From a virus (lineage: Duplodnaviria > Caudoviricetes), in IMG/VR virus record IMGVR_UViG_2902759955_000002, positions 1 through 64,000 of that record: DNA of 64,000 nt, one strand, 5' to 3'. This document shows, piece by piece, positions 57,406 to 64,000 of this stretch. Numbering within the stretch: position 1 is the stretch's first letter; every line of letters begins with the position of its first letter. The notes below the pieces were generated by a model that was not told where the DNA came from, searched no databases, and saw nothing but the letters and a program-made list of their open reading frames with translations. The position numbers and the translations under genes were made by a program.

Positions 57406-59544
57406 ATGACAACGGCATCCATTGTCAATGGCGCTCCGATGACCATCTTCCAGGGGGCTCAGGATCTGAGCACCGAAGTGGTCACTGCGGTTGCCGAACA
57501 GATTCCCCAGCACCTCCCGTTGATCTGCCTGTACACGCAACAGGGCCCGGTGACGACGGAGCTGGTGTCGGGGAGCGACTTGACGACCATGTACGGATCG
57601 GATTCGTTCGATCTGCGCAAGGCCTGGGGAAATCACGCGACTGTGCTGGCGAGCACGGTGAACGCGCAAGGCAACGCGATCCAGGTACAGCGGATGCAAC
57701 CGGCCGACGCAGCGCCGGCAGCGACCATGCGCCTGTATCTGGACGTGCTGCCCGCGACCATCACGCAGTACGAACGCAATTCGGACGGTTCGTTCACGAC
57801 GGACTCGGCCGGTAACAAGGTTGCAGTGACGGGTTCTGGTGCCACCGCCGCAGGCTACATCTGCAAGTGGGTGCTGGGCACCGTGGACTGGACCGCGAAC
57901 GAAGACGCAGGCGACTGGGGCGAAGCCACGATCGCAGCCGGCGACCAGAGCGTCGGCTCCGTCACCTCGCAGCGTTACCCGATCATGGACCTCCAGGTCC
58001 CGAGCTTCGGCACGTACGGGAACAACAACGGCATTCGCCTCTACGCACCGACCACCCAAAGTTCGGTCGCAGCCAACACAAACTTCACGGAATACGACCT
58101 GGTCTACCCGTTCCGGATCTCGTGCGTTCAACGCACGGCGACGAACACGACGGGCTCGCTGGTCGCCGCACAAAGCGGTGCGCAATACCTGGACTTCACG
58201 TTCAAGCCGAAAACGATCGACTTGGCGATGGATGATCAAATCTCCATCCAGGACACCTTCATTGCCGCCTACCAATCTCTCAATCAAGCAAGTGGCGTCG
58301 CCGATGTGTTCGGTCCCTTCGGGCAACTGTTCACGTATGACGACAACATCGCAACCCTGGTGGCGATGTTCTATGCGGCCGAGCTGCCCCTCATCAATTC
58401 GTTCTCGGATTTCACGGGCGCAACGGGTGAAGAGTGGCTGTTCAACTTCGTGAGCGGTGTGTCTTCGACGAATGTGCCGTACTCGTCCTGGCAGCTGAAC
58501 ACGACCGACAGCGACGCAGCGTATCTGTCGAGCAGCACCACCCTGTGGGCTTCGGGCGGTACGGACGGCACGATGAACGATACGTTGTTCGCAGAGCTGG
58601 TTACGAACTTCATGGCGGTCTATGCCGACCTGACCAATCCGGTCCAGGACATGGTGACCTCGCCGGAATCGATTTTCTGGGACTCGGGCTTCCCGCTCGC
58701 GACCAAGAAGGCGATCTGCCAGTTCATCAGCCAGCGCAAAGACACGTTCGTTGCGTTGTCGACCTTCTCGACGCTGAGCCCCGTGCTCACGCAGGCCGAA
58801 GAGTCGTCGATGGCGGTGGCGCTCAAAGCGTACCTGCAGCAATACCCGGAATCGGATTACTTCGGCACGGCTTGCGTGCGCGGGATGATCGTGCCCGGCT
58901 CGGGCACCTTGACCGGTTCGCTCTACGCTGGCTCGACCGATTCGAACAACAGCAGCCTGCCGCTGACCATCGAGCTCGCCTCGAAAGCGGCCGCCTACAT
59001 GGGTGCCAGCAACGGGAAGTGGAAGTCGGGTTACTCGTTCGATTCGGCACCGGGCTCGGAGATCACGCTGTTCTCGAACATCAACGTCACGTTCTGGCCA
59101 GCCACGGTGCGCAACACCGACTGGGCCAACGGGATGGTGGGTGTGGAAGCGTTCCAGCGTCGCTCGGTGTACTTCCCGGCGCTGAAGACCGTGTACGACA
59201 ACGACACGTCCGTGCTCAACAGCTTCTTCAACGCGATGGCACTCTGCTATCTCGAGAAGATCGGCGATGCGGCACGTCGTTACTTCTCGGGCACGGCCTC
59301 GATGACGGATGCACAGCTCATCAAGAACGTGAACGCGTGGGTGACGGCACAAGTGTCGGGCATCTTCGACAACCGGTTCACGATCGTGCCCAACACGACG
59401 GTGGCGGGTGCCGATGCGCAGCGCGGCTACAGCTGGACCCTGACGATCGCTGTCTACATGCCGAACATGAAAACGGTCGAAACATTGGCCATTCAGACGT
59501 ACCGCTCGGATGACCTCACCTCGACGTCGACGACTTCGAGCTAA
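57406..59544 (+). CDS. Tail sheath protein (phiKZ gp29-like)
   Basis: 712 aa; PQHLP, GGTDG, DSGF, YPES.YFGT, FPALKTVY..DTSVL; TTTATATG late motif upstream. Confidence 0.85.
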   Translation: MTTASIVNGAPMTIFQGAQDLSTEVVTAVAEQIPQHLPLICLYTQQGPVTTELVSGSDLTTMYGSDSFDLRKAWGNHATVLASTVNAQGNAIQVQRMQPADAAPAATMRLYLDVLPATITQYERNSDGSFTTDSAGNKVAVTGSGATAAGYICKWVLGTVDWTANEDAGDWGEATIAAGDQSVGSVTSQRYPIMDLQVPSFGTYGNNNGIRLYAPTTQSSVAANTNFTEYDLVYPFRISCVQRTATNTTGSLVAAQSGAQYLDFTFKPKTIDLAMDDQISIQDTFIAAYQSLNQASGVADVFGPFGQLFTYDDNIATLVAMFYAAELPLINSFSDFTGATGEEWLFNFVSGVSSTNVPYSSWQLNTTDSDAAYLSSSTTLWASGGTDGTMNDTLFAELVTNFMAVYADLTNPVQDMVTSPESIFWDSGFPLATKKAICQFISQRKDTFVALSTFSTLSPVLTQAEESSMAVALKAYLQQYPESDYFGTACVRGMIVPGSGTLTGSLYAGSTDSNNSSLPLTIELASKAAAYMGASNGKWKSGYSFDSAPGSEITLFSNINVTFWPATVRNTDWANGMVGVEAFQRRSVYFPALKTVYDNDTSVLNSFFNAMALCYLEKIGDAARRYFSGTASMTDAQLIKNVNAWVTAQVSGIFDNRFTIVPNTTVAGADAQRGYSWTLTIAVYMPNMKTVETLAIQTYRSDDLTSTSTTSS

Positions 59545-59635
59545 ACAGTTAGCACAACCAAGGAAGAGCGGGGGCGCGCGCACGTCTACCGCAGCCTTGG
59601 GCTGACTAGCGATCCATTGAATTTAGGAGCAACTC

Positions 59636-60610
59636 ATGCCGCGCGTCGCAGATGCAATTTTGTCCAACACGACTGCGTTCGCCATCGGGCACAACAACCC
59701 GATGCTCGATCTGCAGAACGGTGGGCAGATGGGCTTCACGCCCAACTACGTGCAGTGGGTGAGTAACCAGCAGTACGTCCGCCGGAACCTCATCTGTCTG
59801 TTGATCGAAGCCCCCTTGGGCTTCAACTATTTGCCGAACCCGTCCACCTGGGTCGGCACGCTGCGAGCCCTCGTCGAACTGCATGCATTGCGGATCACGG
59901 GCCTCAACGCTCACCTCACCGTGGAAGTGGCGGAAACGCCGGTTGGCGGTGGCGGGAACATGCAACAGGACGTGACCGACGTCAAGCGTGAACGCTCGGT
60001 GCCGGCCTTCTCGTGGAACGAAAAGTACGGCATGCCCGTGACGATGTTCCACCAGGGCTGGATCACGAACCTGCTGATGGACCCGGATACCAAGTTCGCG
60101 AACGTAGCGACCTTGACCCCGATCACGGGACTCGCGGCACCGACCGACATGTTGGCCGACATGTACACGGCGACCATGATCTTCATCGAACCGGACCCGA
60201 CGCACACCCGTGTCGTGAAGTCCTGGCTCGTGACGAACATGTTCCCGCTGTCGACGGGCGACATCGTGGGTTCGCGCGACCTCGCGTCTGCCAATGAACC
60301 GCTGACGGTGGACATCACCTACGCGGGCATTGCGCAGTACGGCCTGGGCGTCGACCAGTTCGCGCAACAGTTGCTGACCTCCATCAGCATCGCCGGTGCG
60401 AACCCGTACACGGAATCGGCCTTCATCAGCGCGATCAACGCCGATGTGGCTGCGACCACCACGGGCTACCAAGCGGAGATCAACCAGATCTCGGCAGCGC
60501 AAGCCGGCACGACCGCGGCCTTGGCCACGGGCGAAAGCGCAACCTCGAGCGACGTCGCCACCGCGACCACCTCGACGACGGCGGTCCCGACCTCCAGCGT
60601 TTCGGCGTAA
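59636..60610 (+). CDS. Tail tube protein (phiKZ gp30-like)
   Basis: Follows the sheath gene; AGGAG RBS; EKYG.P, FIEPDP, NMFP. Confidence 0.8.
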   Translation: MPRVADAILSNTTAFAIGHNNPMLDLQNGGQMGFTPNYVQWVSNQQYVRRNLICLLIEAPLGFNYLPNPSTWVGTLRALVELHALRITGLNAHLTVEVAETPVGGGGNMQQDVTDVKRERSVPAFSWNEKYGMPVTMFHQGWITNLLMDPDTKFANVATLTPITGLAAPTDMLADMYTATMIFIEPDPTHTRVVKSWLVTNMFPLSTGDIVGSRDLASANEPLTVDITYAGIAQYGLGVDQFAQQLLTSISIAGANPYTESAFISAINADVAATTTGYQAEINQISAAQAGTTAALATGESATSSDVATATTSTTAVPTSSVSA

Positions 60611-60654
60611 TCTTGGTCTGGCTGGAAACAGCCAAAAAAAGAAGCCAGCATACG

Positions 60655-60683
60655 GCCCAGCCCGCGGGGGCTGGGCTTTATGA
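60655..60683. terminator. Terminator after the tail tube gene
   Basis: GCCCAGCCC-GCGG-GGGCTGGGC-TTTATG. Confidence 0.8.
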
Positions 60684-60690
60684 CGTCAGG

Positions 60691-60924
60691 TCAGCGTCCC
60701 CAGCCGTCGTGCGTTGTCCAGCACCACAGTCGGTACAGCCAGCAGCAGAAGTAAGTTACCGGCCAGATCAACACGAGGAAGAAGACGATCAGGCTGGCTC
60801 CTTCGTCAGCCAACAGTTCGGCGCTAAACCCGCGGTGTGTACGCAGGACGAGCGGACCCAGGAATAAATAGATCCCAAAAAGAACCAGACCGATGATGGC
60901 CAAGAACCACTCGGGTGGACCCAT
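60691..60924 (-). CDS. Small 2-TM membrane protein
   Basis: Two hydrophobic helices; coupled to the upstream stop. Confidence 0.55.
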   Translation of the reverse strand: MGPPEWFLAIIGLVLFGIYLFLGPLVLRTHRGFSAELLADEGASLIVFFLVLIWPVTYFCCWLYRLWCWTTHDGWGR

Positions 60925-61448
60925 CACATCCCGTCCTGGTTCAGGCTTGCCCACGGTTGCGGCAAGGTCACGACATTGGGTTCGCTACGCACGGGCAGCA
61001 CATTGCCGTCCTTAAACAGGCACATGATCCAGGTGCCGTTGGCTGACGGCGACGAGTAGAGGCCATTCGGATCGGCTTGCGGGAGGTTGTCAACACCTAC
61101 CTGCGTACTGGCGTAAGCGATGTATTCCGGGTTCGTGTATTGCTCCGACTCGGGAATGCCGTAGCCCACTGAGCGACAGAGCGGTGTGTGCTCGTTGTGC
61201 ATGCCGACGAAGTAGGTGTAGGTCGTAAAGTTCGGCGTATCACGCTTCTCCAAAATTTCCTTGAAGATGCGTTTTTCGGTGAAGTTCAAGATAGCTGGAA
61301 AACCTACTGCCTGGTTTGACGCGGCACTGGCCTGCGCCTGTTGTTGCTGTTGCTGCTTGTCGGAGTCCGACTGATCGTTTTGACAGCTTTCTGCCGTCAG
61401 CACGAAGAAGGCGAGTAGGGCGATGCCGATGAGTCGGAAAAGTTTCAT
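60924..61448 (-). CDS. Predicted lipoprotein
   Basis: Signal peptide ending LTAES-C; PQADPNGLY motif; two further Cys. Confidence 0.7.
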   Translation of the reverse strand: MKLFRLIGIALLAFFVLTAESCQNDQSDSDKQQQQQQAQASAASNQAVGFPAILNFTEKRIFKEILEKRDTPNFTTYTYFVGMHNEHTPLCRSVGYGIPESEQYTNPEYIAYASTQVGVDNLPQADPNGLYSSPSANGTWIMCLFKDGNVLPVRSEPNVVTLPQPWASLNQDGM

Positions 61449-61777
61449 TGGTTGGTCTCGAGAACGTTCTTGAATTGTTGGAGGTCAGGCGGCAGCTGGT
61501 TCGGATAGCCGTCGACGTTGTGAAGGAAGGTGTCACGCAGGACTGCCTTACTGGACGGGTCCGTTGTGCTTAGATACTGACGACGCATCTCGTAGAGCTG
61601 GCGCAGCATCCCTTCGTTGTATTCCTGGGACTGGGTGAACGTGTTGCGGCGCACCTGTTCGTACTTCGGTGCGAAGTGGGCGTATCCGAGATAGCCCAGC
61701 TCCGTGATTCCGATCACGACGAGGATGGCGATCAGCACGGAAACCAGCAGACCCATGCCTTCTTTTACGGTACTCAT
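61445..61777 (-). CDS. Single-TM membrane protein
   Basis: N-terminal TM followed by a helical domain; AAGGAG RBS; overlaps the lipoprotein start. Confidence 0.7.
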   Translation of the reverse strand: MSTVKEGMGLLVSVLIAILVVIGITELGYLGYAHFAPKYEQVRRNTFTQSQEYNEGMLRQLYEMRRQYLSTTDPSSKAVLRDTFLHNVDGYPNQLPPDLQQFKNVLETNQ

Positions 61778-61831
61778 GTACAGTACTCCTTAGTAGTAGG
61801 CCGCAATTGCGGCCCGTCATACCATCGCGAC

Positions 61832-63127
61832 TTACGCCTCTTTCTTCTCCTTCTTCTCCAGCCACTTGTTGGAGATGATCTTGAAGCTCTTGCCCGTGAC
61901 GTTGTTCTTCATCACCAGGCCTTCACGGAGCCGCGTCTGATCGAAGTGCCCCGGACCATCTGCCAGCGCCATCACTTCCTTGATCGTCGGGGGCAGGGCG
62001 AAGTTGGCGTCCATCACCGGGATGTATTTCACACCCAGTGCGTCAGCCACCTGACGCGCCTGCTCCGGCAGCAGCCGCATGTTGCCGTTCACGAACGTGC
62101 GGTACATGTAGAAGCAGTTCGTCTTGGCGCCGTCGGCATTGCGGTTGAAATCGGGCCCAACCATCTCGCCCTGAATCGCCAGCTTCTTACCCTTCGCGAA
62201 GGGCAGGTCGTTGGTGTCGTTGAACAGCGCGATCTTGTACGCCAGATTCTCGCGGGTGAAGTACGCCACGAGCGGGACCGACTGAGCGAGGAAGCCTTTC
62301 TTCCAGCGGGGCGTGTCGCAATCAGCACCGCTGCGACGGCGTGCGATGCAACGCACCCAATCAGCGAGGTACACGCGCAGCGACTGCCAGCGGGTGTAGA
62401 GCACATCATCGGTACGCAGCGAGTAGTTTCGCTGGGCGACCCCGATCTTCGCGGAGTCGAGCTCCGTATAGAAGGTGGAGGACTCGCCGTCGAGCTTGAT
62501 CGAGAGTTCGGCCGTTTCGCCTGCCTTGGCCATCGCCGTGTACTCTTCGAACTGGTTCTGCACGCGCTCTTCTTCCGACTTCACGTGACCGTGAGGGAAG
62601 GGCTGCAGACCATCCGAGACAATCCCGTTGACGAGCCAGGCACGCAGACGCCACACCAGCTTCTTGCTCTGCTTGTCGTCGAGCTGCAGGGAGGTGTTCG
62701 TGTAGAGCCGTGCTTCTTCGGGCGAGACATACTTGAGCACGTCCAGCGCATTCGTCACATTGGTACCGACCGAGTTGCCAGCCGCTCCCGTTCCAGCGTA
62801 GGTCGCGCGCGAGATCAGCAGCCCTTGCGAGAGCGCGCCGCGCAGACGGATTGTCTTGATAACGGCGTATTCCTTAGCGTTACCTTCATCCTTTTTCACG
62901 CGCAGGTACTGCTTGTCGAAATCAGCGAAGATTGGACTGTCGAGCGGAATCGCTGCATCGATCTCGAAGTAGAGCGCTTCGTCACCGATCTGATAGGTGC
63001 CTTTTTGCACCACGCATTCCCAACCTTGCACGACCGCGATTTCGAGCCGGTCCGCTTTCGGAATGGGGAGGAGGTTGTCGATCTTGACGATCCGTGCGAG
63101 TTGGCGTGTGTCTTCTTTTACGAACAT
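61832..63127 (-). CDS. ATP-dependent RNA ligase (Rnl2 / DRB0094-type) with N-terminal OB domain
   Basis: PIPKADRLE..V.GW, motif I KLDGES, QGEMVG, REGLV, SFKIISN. Confidence 0.9.
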   Translation of the reverse strand: MFVKEDTRQLARIVKIDNLLPIPKADRLEIAVVQGWECVVQKGTYQIGDEALYFEIDAAIPLDSPIFADFDKQYLRVKKDEGNAKEYAVIKTIRLRGALSQGLLISRATYAGTGAAGNSVGTNVTNALDVLKYVSPEEARLYTNTSLQLDDKQSKKLVWRLRAWLVNGIVSDGLQPFPHGHVKSEEERVQNQFEEYTAMAKAGETAELSIKLDGESSTFYTELDSAKIGVAQRNYSLRTDDVLYTRWQSLRVYLADWVRCIARRRSGADCDTPRWKKGFLAQSVPLVAYFTRENLAYKIALFNDTNDLPFAKGKKLAIQGEMVGPDFNRNADGAKTNCFYMYRTFVNGNMRLLPEQARQVADALGVKYIPVMDANFALPPTIKEVMALADGPGHFDQTRLREGLVMKNNVTGKSFKIISNKWLEKKEKKEA

Positions 63128-63357
63128 GATGGTTTTAGTTTTACTTGGTGGAAAAGCTCGTCGCTGAGGTCCAGGGGCTTCAGCGCATGTTGGGTGATGA
63201 TCAGGTTGACCTGCATGGTGCAAACGATCTCGTCGGCGAGGTCGTGCCAGGCCTCGTAATACCAACCCATGTCACTGGTGCGTTGTTGCAGGGGATCAAT
63301 CCCGCGCATGGCGCACAGTGCGTGGGCGGCATCTTTGAGCTTCTGGCTATAGGGCAC
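63118..63357 (-). CDS. Hypothetical protein
   Basis: AAGGAGG RBS before a GTG start. Confidence 0.55.
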   Translation of the reverse strand: MPYSQKLKDAAHALCAMRGIDPLQQRTSDMGWYYEAWHDLADEIVCTMQVNLIITQHALKPLDLSDELFHQVKLKPSCS

Positions 63358-63580
63358 GACGCCTCCTTATGCGAAGGAAGAAGCGACACACTCGGAACGC
63401 ATCAATGAACACCCAGAAGAACATCAGGATGTTCATCGTGAAGAGCTTCGAACTGAATGTCCCTTCGATCTTGCTGAGGAACTCCCAGAGGCCGGCATTG
63501 CGGTCAATCCAGGCGAGGCCCAGCATGTAGTTGATAAGAAGAGCTGCACCAATCCAGCTCAGGAGATGAGTCGAAATCAC
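63347..63580 (-). CDS. Small 2-TM membrane protein
   Basis: Two hydrophobic segments and a basic C-terminus; overlaps both neighbours. Confidence 0.5.
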   Translation of the reverse strand: MISTHLLSWIGAALLINYMLGLAWIDRNAGLWEFLSKIEGTFSSKLFTMNILMFFWVFIDAFRVCRFFLRIRRRRAL

Positions 63581-63990
63581 GATCGGCGCTCCGTGTTCGG
63601 TAGGGCGGGTTTGGACTTCGGAGTCAGCATGGCAACGACTCGGCTTACGATCGAGAGGGCTTCGTGGTCGCCTTGATAGGTCTTCAGGTGGCCGCCGGCA
63701 CGTCCCTGACCCTTGACGATGTAGGCGTAGTGAAAACTGCCGTCTGAGACGGCCGTCATCTGCAACTGAACATCCATCGTTTCGTCCTGACGCTTCCACT
63801 GCATGACGATGGAGCCGTCTTTCAGCAGACCAACGTCGCCTTCGTGCATGACTGCAGGGAGCAACTTCAAGATCCCTTCGGCGCGCTGGATGGCGTATCG
63901 GGCAGGCGCGATCGCCCCACTACTCTCGATCTTGGCGAGGAGGGCCAGCTGTCCCGGCAGGGGTGGTGCTGCGGGTATCAGTTGGGTCAT
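63577..63990 (-). CDS. Hypothetical protein
   Basis: 137-aa ORF. Confidence 0.6.
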   Translation of the reverse strand: MTQLIPAAPPLPGQLALLAKIESSGAIAPARYAIQRAEGILKLLPAVMHEGDVGLLKDGSIVMQWKRQDETMDVQLQMTAVSDGSFHYAYIVKGQGRAGGHLKTYQGDHEALSIVSRVVAMLTPKSKPALPNTERRS

Positions 63991-64000
63991 CGGGTGGCGT

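Noticed and set aside
61336-61357. TGT/TGC trinucleotide run
   Set aside because: Encodes the poly-Gln stretch of the lipoprotein
1-64000. CRISPR array, tRNA, rRNA, integrase or transposase
   Set aside because: No regularly spaced repeats, cloverleafs with T-loop and CCA, or recombinase motifs were found by eye; a tRNAscan run was not possible
1-64000. Alternative genetic code (stop-codon reassignment)
   Set aside because: All core genes are full length under the standard bacterial code, and TAA, TAG and TGA all serve as stops

Overview
This window is part of a GC-rich, phiKZ-like nucleus-forming jumbo phage genome (Chimalliviridae). The host is probably a betaproteobacterium such as Burkholderia or Ralstonia, inferred from host-like recJ, trxA and acp genes. 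The conserved core runs mostly on the minus strand: SF2 helicase, non-virion RNA polymerase subunits (beta, split beta', probable gp68-type specificity subunit), a probable PicA/Imp1 importer, an SbcD/Mre11 nuclease, chimallin, a family B DNA polymerase and PhuZ tubulin. The packaging and tail block follows (large terminase, gp26-28-like proteins, tail sheath, tail tube), then an RNA ligase. phiKZ gene-number equivalences come from motifs and recalled gene order, not from database searches. The most unusual accessory features are: (i) a duplicated [histidine phosphatase + acyl carrier protein] module bracketed by two ~300-nt structured non-coding segments; (ii) a third candidate ncRNA with its own promoter and terminator at ~30.85-31.13 kb; (iii) an array of seven divergent paralogs at 31.6-34.9 kb; (iv) Ser/Thr-rich C-terminal tails on tail proteins; (v) a 1-kb ORF-free AT-rich region upstream of chimallin and a hairpin/G-rich region at 45.2-45.9 kb; (vi) candidate anti-defence genes (macrodomain, Acb4-like sponge, RNA ligase). 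A recurrent early-promoter motif, YATATCAC, was read directly from the sequence at seven sites.
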